From assembly GCF_018350175.1 (NCBI RefSeq), contig NC_058368.1, forward strand, positions 74,092,001 to 74,156,000: 64,000 nucleotides of DNA, in the 5' to 3' direction. Of this stretch, positions 40,110 to 53,076 are shown piece after piece. Under the pieces are notes generated by a model. That model was not told the origin of the DNA. It saw only the letters and a program-made list of their open reading frames with translations, and made no database searches. Position 1 is the first letter of the stretch. Every line of letters begins with the position of its first letter. A program made the position numbers and the translations under genes. Source of the stretch: Felis catus. Lineage: Eukaryota.

Positions 40110-41498
40110 AAGCACTCCTTAAGCACATATATGTATGATGCATTCTTACTGGATTTAATTTAGGAGTTATTATATTTCCTTGTAAAGAGTGTTTGTTTGA
40201 TCATCCTCTGTTCTAATTTAACTTCCATTTCTTCTGTTAATAAAGTTGACATTTTAAATTTAATCACATGAAGTAATAAAATGTTATTTTAAAAGCATTC
40301 ACAGTATGATTGTTATTTCTGTGAAATTGTGTAATTTTTGTCAATATGTAGCTCTTAATATGTTTGTCTATATATCTAATCTACTATTCTGTCTATCATA
40401 AAGAGATATTTGAAATAATGTCAATCAAATGTTAATAATGGTTAACCATAATTGGTAGAATACTAGGCAATTTAAAAAATTTTTGATATTTCTGTATTAT
40501 TTAATAATTTTTAGATGCCATTGCTACAAAACAGGTAATTATTGTTTAAAAAATAAATTGATGGTTTCTTTCTAATTAAAAAAAATTAAAATTAACACAC
40601 ACACATATCCTTTCCTAACGTTTGTGTGCATGCGTGTCTGTGTTTCTGTGTGTGTTTCTTATGGGAAAGACAGTCCGTTTGCGATCCTAGAAGTTCTTCA
40701 TATTACATGTGAATAGCTCTGTATATTTAAAATATGGACCCTTTAAGATATTTTTTATTTACTTACCCATTTTATCTTATTTAATTTAATTTTATGCATA
40801 CCTGATATACACATTTACACAGGTATTAAAATAAAGTATATAATAAATTTAAAAATAGTTATTACACATTATATTAAACATGAAATAGGAATTAAAATAA
40901 ATATATAATGAATTGAAATGTATTTAGTATACATTGTATTAAATAAAGAATAAATATATAAATGTATCCAATATAAATATAAATTTATTTTATGTTGAAT
41001 TTAAAACAGATATAAATTAAAATAAAAAACACCGCAATAAGACTAAATAAATAAAATAATGATGGATCAGTAAGCAAATTAATACAGCAAAACATTTTAC
41101 CAAGAATCACACGATAAGGAAAGGGGAATAGACTTATTGTACAGACTTCTAGAAGTAGAGAACACACAAAGAAATAAAGATTCTGGAGGAGTCTCATGAG
41201 CCTCTTCGTTCTTATTAACTCATCTCCAACCTGCCCCTCCACACCTCTGAAACTGTTCTGAGAGAAAGAGTTCACATAATCCTGAGAATCTGTGCTAATG
41301 CTCTCCAGCTGGGGAGAAGCAGTCCAAGAATCAAGTCCAAGAATCAGCCCTGGGCTGAGTAAGGGAAGCCTTGAAGTGAAAAAGCTCCCATACACCTGAG
41401 ATCTGATCAGAGGCAACAAGGACTTTGTCCTTCCTCCAGAGCACTGGCCAAGTTGGGTGAACAAGCCTTTTCCAGATGGATTCGAGGAGGAGGTCAGA

Positions 41499-41547
41499 AA
41501 TTTGATGTCAGAAATTGTTTGATCTCTTCAATTTCTGACATCAAATT
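41499..41547. repeat. Perfect 19-bp inverted repeat with 11-nt spacer
   Basis: AATTTGATGTCAGAAATTG / CAATTTCTGACATCAAATT. Confidence 0.95.
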
Positions 41548-42922
41548 GTAGTCTGCAGGGGAAAAGACACGCTATCACATGGAAATATCTGAATAGAGGT
41601 GTTGCCATTAAATGTAAGTTAGATAAGGAGAAATGGGACAAAGATGATACACAGCACTGCAGCAGAGAGAAAATAGAATTGGACAGAAAGGAAAATTGCT
41701 TGTAAAGCACAGTGTGAAGGAAAGCACTTCCTGAAAAACAGAAGATTGCATGGTGTGTGCTGTGCATTATATGGTATAAATTAAGTAAAAATAAAAATGC
41801 AAGGACATAAAGATGCGAAGACACAACGAGAGGGAAAGATAAAGCCACAGATACAGGCAATAAATACGAAATCCGAACTGTGCCATTCCAGAACTAATGT
41901 GTGAATTTGAACCAGGGGAAATAGAACAGGAAGAGCTGAAATGTGAATTAGCGACTGAACAGGTCAAAACTCAGAAGAAATGACAGAATATAACGTGAAG
42001 AAAGAACTGGACCATGGAAAGGCACACTAGGTATAATAGAAGTACACCTGCAGGAGATCAACATACAGACATATCCAGAGCAAGGGAGCAGACTGCCGGA
42101 TAAAGAGAGAATTCTCAGGACAGACAGGGGGAAACGCTGGGAGTAGAAGATGTCAGCCTGTCCCAGACGTCTCTAGAACTAGAAAAAAGACAATAGAGAA
42201 AATACGATGTTATTCCGAGGGAAAGGGAGTGTGACTCCAAAATCTTAAACATAGGCAAGATGTTTGAGCATCAAGTAAAAAGACATTTTCAAATATAGTA
42301 TTATTTACATGCTAGTTAAATAAGCATGTAATATTTGAAATACAGCCAATCCATAAAGGACTCAAAATAAAGAAGTCTGAAAAGAGCAGATGTGGTAAAA
42401 TGAATGGGTTTGAGAATTAAGCTCATCTAAATAAAGAAACAAAATTATACATCTGAGCAGGATGTAAATGCAATAAAATATGACAAGGAAAAAAAAAATA
42501 ATCCCAGCAGTAAAAATAGGTCAGTGGGGATAGAGGGGGTGGAAAGAAATCGATGGCTACTGAAATTCTCATTTTTAGAGCATGGAGTCAATCTCATAGC
42601 ACTGAAAGTATAATCATGTGGGCTGAATAAAACCATGACAACTCCAAACTCAACATAGATATCAGTGTCTCTCAATCTTAAAGAGGTTTTTAAAGAAATA
42701 ATATGTCCTGGAGTGAAGAAACACTTCCATGGAATTTTAGCATCCCTTCAGTATCAATTGAGTTTGTATTTCTTTTCTTTAATGTAATTAAAATTGAATT
42801 TAATATGTTTTTAGGCGTGTTTAATGGAATTGTATTGTTGCAAAATTATTTATTTCTGTAGCGCTCAGCTTGCTATTTGTTCTCAGTACTTGCCTCTTTC
42901 TGGACCCTTGAGGCCAGATTGT

Positions 42923-43302
42923 TGTTATGCCCAGAATTCGTGATCCCCAAAGACCACCAGGGAGCCGAGTCCGATGCAAAAGCAAAAGAGCCTTTATTCG
43001 AGCTAGCTCCAGCTCAGTCCCCTACCTGCACCGACACAGCGGTGAGATACCAGGGAGAGAGAGCGAGTTTCAAAAGCACAAAGGTTTTATAGGGGTCTAG
43101 GGGCAGCCAATTGGCTGGGGAAGGGGTGTGGCCTTGGCCGATTGGTTGGGGAAGGGTCAGAGTCCTATTTCACAGGTCGCTGGCCGTGTTTTGATCAGGA
43201 AGTTTGAATGAGTGGGCAGGAGGTTACTCAAGGGGAGGAGGCGTGGTCTAGGTTTAGGACACAGAACAAGATGGAGTCGGCCAGCGTAGGCCCGCCCTTT
43301 CA
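42923..43302 (-). mobile_element. Well-preserved solo ERV LTR (probably ERV1/gamma-like)
   Basis: On - strand starts TGAAAGGGCGGG and ends GCATAACA; CCAAT boxes (43107-43114, 43141-43145), TATAAAA (43085-43091), AATAAA (42993-42998); 5-bp TSD ATTGT/ATCGT. Confidence 0.9.
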
Positions 43303-43409
43303 ATCGTCACTTGGGCTGTAGTGACACCCACTAGAGTGGCACCACTCTAGTGGCAAGAGCTTTCTTCTTTGTTTCCCTTTTTCTCAGCCTGATGCATTTT
43401 TTATTCATT

Positions 43410-43566
43410 AAAAAATTAATGTTTATTTATTTTTGATAGAACACAAGAAGGGGAGGAGAAGAGAGAGAGGGAGACAGAGTCCAACGCGGGGCTTGAACCC
43501 ACAGACCATGAGATCATGACCTGAGCTGAAGTTGGTTGCCCAAACTACTTAGCCACCCAGGCGCCA
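43410..43566 (-). mobile_element. Can-SINE with internal deletion
   Basis: Body jumps from GAGACAGAG to TCCAACGCGGGG. Confidence 0.9.
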
Positions 43567-43574
43567 CTATTAAT

Positions 43575-43603
43575 TTAAAAAGGTTTCATGTTTATTTATT
43601 TTT

Positions 43604-43635
<32 letters not shown>

Positions 43636-43793
43636 CCATGAGCAGGGGAGGGGCAGAGAGAGTGGGAGCACAGAATCTGAAACAGGCTCCACCTTGTCAG
43701 CACAGAGCCCAACACGGGGCTTGAACCCTCAGACCATGAGATCATGACCTGAGCCAAAGTTGGTTGCTTAACCAACTGAGCCACCCAGGTTCC
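43575..43793 (-). mobile_element. Can-SINE
   Basis: Full body followed by CTCAGCCTGAT. Confidence 0.93.
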
Positions 43794-43811
43794 TCTCAGC
43801 CTGATACTTTT

Positions 43812-44018
43812 TCTTAAGTTTTTTTTTTTTTTTTTTAAGTTTATTTATTTAATTTGATAGAGAGAGAGAGACAAGGAGACAGGGAGAGAGAGAATCCAAG
43901 CAGGCTCCACACTGTCAGCACAAAGCCCGATGAGGGGTTCGAACTCACAAACCATGAGATCATGACCTGAGCCGAAATCAAAGTTGGCCACTTAACCCAC
44001 CGAGGCACCCAGGCGCCC
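43812..44018 (-). mobile_element. Can-SINE
   Basis: Long T tail; flanked by CTCAGCCTGAT on both sides. Confidence 0.93.
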
Positions 44019-44249
44019 CTCAGCCTGATATTTTTAATGAGGTTGTATTATTTTGATAAGTCAACACATCATTTTCGAAAATGTAGTGAGAAACACAACC
44101 CAGTAGGTGGTTGAGGAAAATAAATACACAGACAATGGAGAAATGTGGCACCACAAATACTTAATGAAAAAGAGGGTGTGTGTGTGTGTGTGCGAGGTTG
44201 AAACTCATTGATCACAAAACAAACAAATAAACATTTAAAAGTTTGAGAG

Positions 44250-44455
44250 AGTATAGAGACCAAACTGAAGGCTGCTCGTGCAGGGTGTGTGTGTGTGGGG
44301 GGGGGGGGGGGGTGGGCGCTTGTGATGAGCACTGGGTGTTATATGTATGTGATGAATCACTAAATTCTACTCCCCAAACCAATAAGGCACTATATGTTAG
44401 CTAACTGGAATTTAAATAAAAACTTGAGACAAAAAAGAAAAAAGAAAAAAAAAAA
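44250..44455 (+). mobile_element. Carnivore L1 3' end
   Basis: GTGATGAGCACTGGGTGTTATATGTA...GATGAATCACTAAATTCTACTCC...CTAACTGGAATTTAAATAAAAA plus A tail. Confidence 0.88.
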
Positions 44456-44964
44456 CACATAGCAATAAATGCCTGTGAAGACAAAGTCACATGGGTACTG
44501 GGAATGTAGATTATATAAATCTCCAAGAACAGCCTGGAGATTGGAATCCCAAAAGGTAGGGCAAGTTTATGTCCTTTACATGTGCAATTCACTTTAGGAA
44601 GCAATCTACAGAAATAACATGAAATGTGGACAAATAATTGATGCTTGTAGAGACTCATCCTTGCATTGCTTTTAATACAAAAAGCAGATGTAACCTATTA
44701 CCTGCCAAAGGAAAGAGTTTAAATACATATCGTGCATTTATGATATCCTACTCCATGGAATTAATGTTTCGAAGAATTTTTAAGCCCCTGAAAAATACTT
44801 ACAATATTAGGTTAAATGTGTTTTCAAAATTGCTTATTCAGTATAATTACAGAATATAGGCTTTATAATGTATGCGCTAAAATATGTGTGGGTGTGGACC
44901 TATAATTTAATATGCCAATATTTTATGGTGGTTTATTATGGATTGTTGGATTATGAAAAGTGTT

Positions 44965-45183
44965 TATTTTTATTTTTTTTTAACATTTATTTATTTTTGA
45001 GACAGAGAGAGACAGAGCATGAATGCGGGAGGGTCAGAGAGAGAGGGAGACACAGAATCTGAAACAGGCTCCAGGCTCCTAGCAGTCAGCACAGAGCCCG
45101 ACGTGGGGCTTGAACTCACGGACGTGAGATCATGACCTGGGCCGAAGTCGGACGCTCAACCGACTGAGCCACCCAGGCGCCCC
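44965..45183 (-). mobile_element. Can-SINE (SINEC_Fc-type)
   Basis: Near-consensus body and tail. Confidence 0.95.
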
Positions 45184-45402
45184 TGAAAAATGGTTTTTAT
45201 GTTTTTTTTATCATTATATATTGCTTTACGTACCTTTTGTGTTTTCTATGCTTTTTGCCATGTGCAGCAAGAAAACATCTGATACGTTTTAATATTTTCC
45301 ATGCCATATGGATACTTATGGCATTTATTGAATTGGAAAACTATATGTAGTGAGGCAAGATGTCCTGTTTATTTGACTATTCTTTTGCTTACATTTATTT
45401 TC

Positions 45403-45459
45403 TAAAATATTTATTTATTTATTTATGTTAAGAGAGAGAGAGAGAGCACAATCTGGGGA

Positions 45460-45507
<48 letters not shown>

Positions 45508-45636
45508 CCCAAGCAGGTTCCACAATGCCAGCCCAGAGCCTGACGTGGGGCTCGAACTCATGAACCAACCATGAGATCCGGATCTGAGTGGAGTCAAGAG
45601 TCAAGCGCTTAACCAACTGAGCCACCCAGGCGCTCC
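45403..45636 (-). mobile_element. Can-SINE with expanded (GA)n
   Basis: TSD CTTACATTTATTTT. Confidence 0.94.
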
Positions 45637-47249
45637 TTTACTTACATTTATTTTTGATGGACTGTTGTTTACACCGTGTAAGGTTGTACCCTTTCAGGTC
45701 GTGTTCATTTTCCACCTCTGTCCCTGTGATCGAACTCTTACAATGACGATTTAAATATTCTTGCTCAATATGGAAACGATCGAAGACTATAACCTTGGTG
45801 AGATGCAGACGGATTTCCAAAATTAAGATGTTGCTGAGCGAGTTAAGTGATTTCAAAACAAAACTAATCTCAGTGAATAAAGTAGCAGTCCAGCATACAC
45901 AGCTACTACACTCCAAGTCAAAAGGTAGCACTTTTCTTTTTCATTTATGTGAAACTGCAAAAAATTTCCCACTATTTTCATTTATAAAGTGGTTATGACA
46001 GTTCTTTTCGCCTACCTACCTTGCAGGGATGTTGTGAGGATTAATGAGATCATTCCTACAAAGCCCTTGAGTTCCTTGGGGATGGGAGACATAGAGTGTT
46101 ATTATTATCCTGTCATTCAGACGTTAGGCTGCTCACTCTTTCAGGACCCCCGGGTAGCATCAAACAGAAACAAATTCTGGTCCACAGTGAGAAATATTTA
46201 ATGAGATTTAAAAAAAAAATTTCCCCCTGTTTAATACCCGAGGTTCCCAGCCCTAGATATGTTCAATTCATTTCAAAGACCTTTTTGCATAGCAATTTGA
46301 TGTCTTTTACATACAAACCTAGGTCGCTTTAGGTTAGGTTTAAAGTGAAATCAGATGTGTATTACTTTCGTTTGTTTGAAATGAAGTCCGCTGCTCTGGC
46401 TGAATGAATCTTCAAATTTAGAAAATTGAGATAGAACACTATATACTGTTAGACGAGAAAGGGCCATACAGATGCCCGTGGCTCAATTAAGTTCTGAGTT
46501 CCCTTCTTTGTGTTCTAGCACAGGCATTACTTCTTTGCAAAATTTCTTTTCAATTTTATATGTTCAACTACTCTTACCAGCTGTCGAATTACCTGTCAGC
46601 TCTAAGAACCGAAATCTGTCTTTCTTGTGAAGCCAAAAACGTATTAAGACCTCCATTAGACATCATTTAGTAAAGCTGAACTATAATTTTGCCCAAGTGT
46701 TTATCACCACGCCACAGTTTCTAAGACCCTGTGTGTCTAAACTGCGGCTGCATCAAACTGCAAATACTCCTCCAAACTGGATTACGTCAATTACCACCAG
46801 CTTGTTAGAAATTTTCATGTTCTGTGATTGGTTATTTGATGTGTAATAGAAGATAACAAAAGTTTATAAAAAAATTTTAGAAGAAATTCCGATGGCTTTT
46901 TTTTTTTTTTAACCTGATATTATCTTCTTAGGAGAGAGGAGCGTATTGCCCTGAAGGTATTGCCAAAGTGGAATGAGATTTTTTTAAAAATTGGTTTAAA
47001 TTTCAGACTTTCTGAATAACAATACACTGACTGCAACCTTTGCAAATATCCAACAAATTTTACGATGAGTATCTCGTAAGATGGTTTTTGTTAAGCACTG
47101 ATAGTAAAGTTCCACGTATTATTTCAGGTATTTTTTCCAGCTACTCTAAGAGTAAGTACGACAAAGTATCTTAAACTATTCTCAAACTCTTACTTTTTGT
47201 GTTTTAAAATTTTATGTAAATGAGTTAAATATGCGTAAATAATGAATGA

Positions 47250-47403
47250 GGGGCGCCTGAGTGGCTCAATAGTTTAAACGACAAACTGTTGGTTTTGGCT
47301 CAGGTCATGATCTCATGGTACCCGGGATCGAGCCTGGCATCAGGCTGTTAGCACGGAGCCTGCTTAGAATTCTCTCTCTCCCTCTCTCTCTGGCCCTCTC
47401 CTG

Positions 47404-47443
<40 letters not shown>

Positions 47444-47460
47444 ATAAATAAATAAACTTA
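47250..47460 (+). mobile_element. Can-SINE
   Basis: GGGGCGCCTGAGTGGCTCA head, (CT)n, AAATAAATAAATAAAC tail. Confidence 0.93.
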
Positions 47461-49167
47461 GACCTTCATTTAACAAAAGAAAGAAGAGTGAATGAAATTT
47501 TACTTCACTATTTGTTTTCCCAAAACTTGGTTTTTGGGGTCGGGAGATATTTTGCACCCAGTACAACCATAAATTACTATAACAATAATGGAACTATGCC
47601 AATTACTTTTAAGTCACTCCAAATATTTCATGTCTCGAGTTATGCTGTTCAATGTAGTGTTAACATTCTGATAGCGTTTTATTGTCTTTGTTTTGCCTAC
47701 ATGGTTTATCTATATTATTTTAAATATTTTTAATTTTGAAAAACTTCAAGCCTACAGGACTATAGAAATAATAGTAAAAGTAACATATAATTCTTAAATC
47801 ACACAATTTGTTAATATTTTGTTAAAGTAATAAGAGATTTTTCTCCCTCTCTATCTCTTCTACGGACACACACAGACATTTCTCTACTGGTGCATCTCCT
47901 AAGACTGACATGCTCTTACATGGCTTGAATGTCATTATACCTAAGACTACCAACATTAAATTGAAAAAATCATGTAATCCGCAGTCTATATTCGAATGCT
48001 CCAAATTATCACAAAAATATCTTTAGAAAACTTTTCCTCTGTGCACATGCAATCAAGGTTCACATATTAAATTTGACTGCATCGTCTCTTGAATCGTTTT
48101 GGATAAAGAATAGTCTGCTCACATTTTTCTCTTCTTCCTTACACTGAAGTTCTTGAAAGTCTTAGTCAAGTTCCTACAATCTGGCCAGGGAAAATTCCCT
48201 GTATCCTGGATTTATTTATTTCCTCATCTTATAAACATATTAAACATTAATGGCAAAATAAAAATATAGGTGATATAGTTATGGAAACATCTTAATGATG
48301 ACCTATATCGGTGATGCAAGTTCAATCACTTGGTTAAATGGCTGCCCATGGGGCTATCTATCCCAAGACTGCATTTTCCCCTTTCCCCTTTGTAATCAGT
48401 GAATTTTTTGTGGGGTGATAATTTGAGGCCATGCAAATATTCTTGGTTGCACAGCTACTTTTCACCCAATAGCTTTAGCATCAATGGATAATCCTCCTCT
48501 AGGTTTGCAATCAGTATGGTGATACTCTAATCTCCATTTTTTCTGTATATTTATCAGTTGGCATTTTGTTTTCTCTCTTTCTTGTTTTGAAGGAATATTA
48601 GTATACACTCATGGATTTGTTTTCAGTTTAATATGATATAATTCAATATAATCAATATTATTTTACACTCAATTTGTCCCAGTTTTAAGAGCTTGAGAGC
48701 TACACAAATTAGCTTCTGGTTTGTTTTTTTCATGATTTGGGGGAGTCAATTTTAATATTCCAAATGCTTTATTTTATACAATTGATTTATAATATTTGCT
48801 ATTTTTTCATATTGATTTTTACTGTTGGTTGAGCTCTGAGATTAACAAGACCTGATTGCCATTTTTAAAAAATATGTTTGTCACACATTCTGCTTTTAAT
48901 TTACAACCTTTGAATATAATTTTCATCCAACATTTACAGCATTAGGAATAAGCAACTCACATTTTTGAATTATTGAGATTTCTATTCCAAAAAAAGAATC
49001 ATTTTATTTGTTTCCATCACTTTAAAAAGATTTTTGAAGCTTTTGATTTTTTTTGTTCAGCCTCGGATAGTTAGATTGTGGTGTGTTTTGGATACAATTC
49101 TTTTTTATTTTAATTCAATAGATTCAAAATGTTCATGTTTGTGTTATTAGAAAGAATGCTAAGAAAC

Positions 49168-49399
49168 TTTTTTTAAAGTTCTTTTTCAATGTTTATTTAT
49201 TTTTGAGAGACACAGAGAGACATAGCATGAGTAGGGAAGGGCAGAGAGAGAGGGAGACACAGAATTCAAAGCAGGCCCCAGGCTCTGAGCTGTCAGCACA
49301 GAGCCTGATGCGGGGCTCGAACCCACGCAGGGTGAGATCATGACCTGAGCCGAAGTCGGACGCTCAACCGCTGACTGACTGAGCCACCCAGGTGCCCCC
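49168..49399 (-). mobile_element. Can-SINE
   Basis: TSD GCTAAGA(A/C)AC. Confidence 0.95.
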
Positions 49400-49454
49400 A
49401 GCTAAGACACATTTTTGAAGCTTGTTTTCTTTGTATTTTGTAGGGGTTTTTTTT

Positions 49455-50560
49455 CCTTAAATAATTTTATTGAGGTATAATTTAAATACAAAATGTATTC
49501 ACTTTAAAAGAACAGTTTGAAGAATTTTGGCAAGTTTCCTGATGCCATTTGGCAATAAATCTGACCCCCACTACTGGAAACCCTAATACTGCTTTTCATC
49601 ACTAAAGAGTGGTGCTCTTTTTTTAGAATTCATATGAATGTAACCATTATACTTGTTTCGGCATAACTTTTAATGATTATGTTAATGAGAGTGTCACTAG
49701 TTTAATTTTCTTTTGTTGCTAAGTAATATTCCAATGTAGGTATAGACTCCAAGTTGTTTATGCATGGATTACATGCATAAACATTAATGAACATTGTGCA
49801 TATAATGCATATACATTAATGAACATTTTAGTTATGTCCAGTATTTGGCTGCTCTGAATAGAAATGCTTTTGATATTTATCTACCAGTCTGTGCAGATAT
49901 ACATGTTCATTTCTTTGGGGACCGTTACTGGACCTAACATTACCGGATCTAGATTTACTGGGATGTATGATAAGTGGATGCTCAGCTTTATAAGAAAGAG
50001 TTCTAAAGTACCTGCACAGTGCTATTTTTAGTATTTATAATTTTAGGTGTTCCAATGGCTATGGAAAGGTACCTCACTGTGTTTTAACTTATATCTGTAT
50101 GATGACTAATAATCAGCATTTTTGTGTGCTTATTAGCCAATTACATCTTCTTTTATATAACATCCATTCAAATCTTTGGATTAGAGTTGTTTGCGTTCTT
50201 ATTAGTGAGATATAGGACTTTATTCTAATACACGCTGGATACCAATGCTCTGTTAAATACATGTGTCTAGCCACAGACTGCAGAAAAGTGTTACAGTGCA
50301 TGTAACACATAAAGTGTTAGCATTGTCTTTTGAAGGGCATACGTTTTTCATTCTGCTGAAGTCCAAACGATCAATTTTTCTTTGTTTTATGTTTTCCGTT
50401 CTATACGAAAACTCTTTGCCTTCTTGAAGTTCACAGTGATTGCCCTCTAATATTTTTTGGAAGCTATAACACTTATGTTTAGGTCTATGATCTATTTCAA
50501 ATTAATTTTTCTATATGGCATGAAGATAGGGTGGAGGTTTATTTTATTTTATGGATGGGG
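49455..50560 (-). mobile_element. Old L1 (L1MB/MC-like) 3' region
   Basis: TTTTATTGAGGTATAATTTA...CCAGTATTTGGCT...TACCTCACTGTGTTTTAA...ATGTTTAGGTCTATGATC. Confidence 0.8.
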
Positions 50561-50954
50561 TCAGTAACCACTGGTATTCTTGGCTTTCTCTTCCGATGTG
50601 GAACCCCAGCCCTAGGAGGGAGTTCGATGAGAGACAGGGCTCCACTGCTCATGATCCCTTACCCCTGGGGTAAGATTGGGTAATGCAGGGGAGCTGCTGA
50701 GCTGTTGATAACACTCATCTGGAATAGACTCTCTACAACACAGAGTTCGGAGGGATGAAAAATGCTGGTAGTCTTCACCAAAAGTGGGAACTACCACCAC
50801 TTTTGGCTGAGAGCTGCGGTGAAAGGAAGCCATATATTTTTTGGCCCTAACTGCTCATAATGGAGCCTCCATCCTGCCCAGCTTGGGGTTGGGAAGGGAG
50901 TAGATCCTGCCTCAAGTTCCAGAGAAGCTGGCTGTTCTTAGCAAGATTTGATAC

Positions 50955-51140
50955 ATTTCTTTGAGAGAGAGAGGGGTGGGGAAGCGAGAGTTGGGGACAA
51001 GGGCAGAGGAAGAGAGAGACAATCTAAAGCAAACTCCATGCTCAGCACTCTGTCTGAGGCGGGTCTCAACCTCACAAACAGTGAGATCATGACCAGAGTT
51101 GAAATCAAGAGTCAGACGACTGAGGCACCCAGGCATCCCT
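50955..51140 (-). mobile_element. Can-SINE, older diverged copy
   Basis: GAGATCATGACCAGAGTTGAAATCAAGAGTC...CACCCAGGCATCCC. Confidence 0.88.
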
Positions 51141-52479
51141 TTCTTGAATAATTTTAAAAATTTGTTTAAAAATCAGCCTTAGGGCAGTTTCCAGAAACTT
51201 TAATTAGTTTTTAAAATAATTGTAACCAGTTACGGTTGTCTCACTGGGGAGGGGTCTTCACAAGAGCTCTTTGTTCTGCCACTCCAGAGTTATCCCTGCT
51301 GTATGTATTTTTAAATGATTATTACTGATTTGGAAGGTTTTTGTTGTTGCTGCTTGGGCTGCAAATATTTTCCAGTTAATGATTTGTCTTTTACATCCTT
51401 TTTATGGTCCCCCTTTTACTAAAAAGCTTAAAGCTTAGTTTTATTTAAAAAAATAAAGCTTTTATTTTGCATATAGCGTTTAAAAGATCGTTCCTTGCCT
51501 CAAAATCGTAATTATGCCTTTCATATTTATATATTTAATCCATATGGATTTCATAGTTTTACTAAGTCAGAGATGAATTGAATTTTATCTTTTGCTATAA
51601 ACACAAACAATTGCCCGTCAATACTTGTTATATAATCTACCATTTTTTCCCACGAATTTGCAACTGATGTTCTGTCATAAATCAAGTTTCTGCATACATT
51701 TGGCCAGTTTCTGGGCTCTTTCATTCCATTCCATTCCATTACTTATCCAGCCCCAGTGCCACTTCCGAATTATTCAAACTGCCTTAATTTTCTAGTAAGT
51801 CTTGATGTTTGAAAGGGCAAATCTCTTCAAATTATTCTTAGTTTTCTTTTTCTCCTCTTTTCTTCCTCCTCCTCTCTAATTCCCCTTCTAACATTACTTA
51901 TTTCTCTCTCTCTCCTTAAGACATATATTTTACTACCTTATCAGAATTGTATTTTAGAGGACCAGTGTTTGGTTTCATTGAACCTTACGTTGTTTTCTAT
52001 TTCCTTCACTATTTCACTTTTAAAATTTTTATTCATTTCTGTCTTCCATTTTATTATTTCCTACCTTTTCCCCTTTCTTCAGATTTATTTTTTTAACTTT
52101 TTTGACTTTATAATTTAGATGCACACCTTCATTAATTTTGATGCTTTCTTCTTTTTAAAACTAAGCTATTAATCTCTCCTTAAAAACCACTTAACTGCAT
52201 CATAAATTTTCTATATGTAGTATGTCTGTTATCTGTCCATTCTAAATATTTGTAAGCATCCATTTTAATTTCCTCTTTGACTCATGATGTCATTGAATTT
52301 ATTTATTTTTTTATTTCCAAATCTATACCACTTTGGTAACTATATTTTCAGAGATGTTCCATCTGGTTCCATGTGAGGGTCAACCAACCATTTTGGTTCC
52401 ATGGGGAGGGTCAAAACTAGTGTGTCTTCCTTGAGTGTGGTTTTCTTCATGTCATTACTAGCTCAGGCTTGTTGATCAT

Positions 52480-53076
52480 TGTGCCAGTTAGAAACTATCA
52501 CCTTTTCTCTCCAAATCCACCCCATGGAGCCCTGCTTGTGGTCTACAGCATTCTTCTCTTACCAGATTTCATGGTGTCAGGCTGCAATGTTTGAGACTCA
52601 GAGGGGCACTGACAGAGGAAGAGTTCTTTCAGGTTCTGGTGAGCTCTTCCCAGTAGGCTCCTGGGGAACGTGGTGACCACGCATGTTCTGCACCTTCTCT
52701 TGGGGTAGCTTCCCTGGCACACACTAAGTAACTTCACACTAAGGTCTGTGGGTGGAACCTCCCTGAAATGGCTGTTTCTTGACAACCCAGATGAAAACTT
52801 CCCAGTGAGTTCTGCCGGTATGGCCTCCATGGCCATTCTGTGAACTTTGGCTGGGCTCGTCCAGCAAGCTCTAGATCTCAGGCCTAGAGGTGGGGAACTT
52901 TCCAAATTTTTCCTTCTTTAGGTATGATCTCATCCCTAGAGGCAGAAGGTGCTCTTGTATCTACTATTCGCATGTTCTTTAGAATTAACTTTATGCGTAG
53001 TAACTCTTCAGGTATAGTTAATAATTGTTCAAATTGCTATGTGATTTCTGTCTCTTGATTGGACTCTGACTAGTGC
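52480..53076 (+). mobile_element. ERVL LTR (LTR33/LTR41-like)
   Basis: 3' end TGTGATTTCTGTCTCTTGATTGGACTCTGACTAGTGC and CCTAGAGGTGG motif. Confidence 0.6.

Noticed and set aside
39555..40163. 202-aa and overlapping Y/I/H/V/C-rich ORFs
   Set aside because: Translation of a dinucleotide microsatellite
45646..45931. Minus-strand open frame ending at GTAAGT, relatively CpG-rich
   Set aside because: Donor lies in a SINE TSD, acceptor is ambiguous, peptide not recognised
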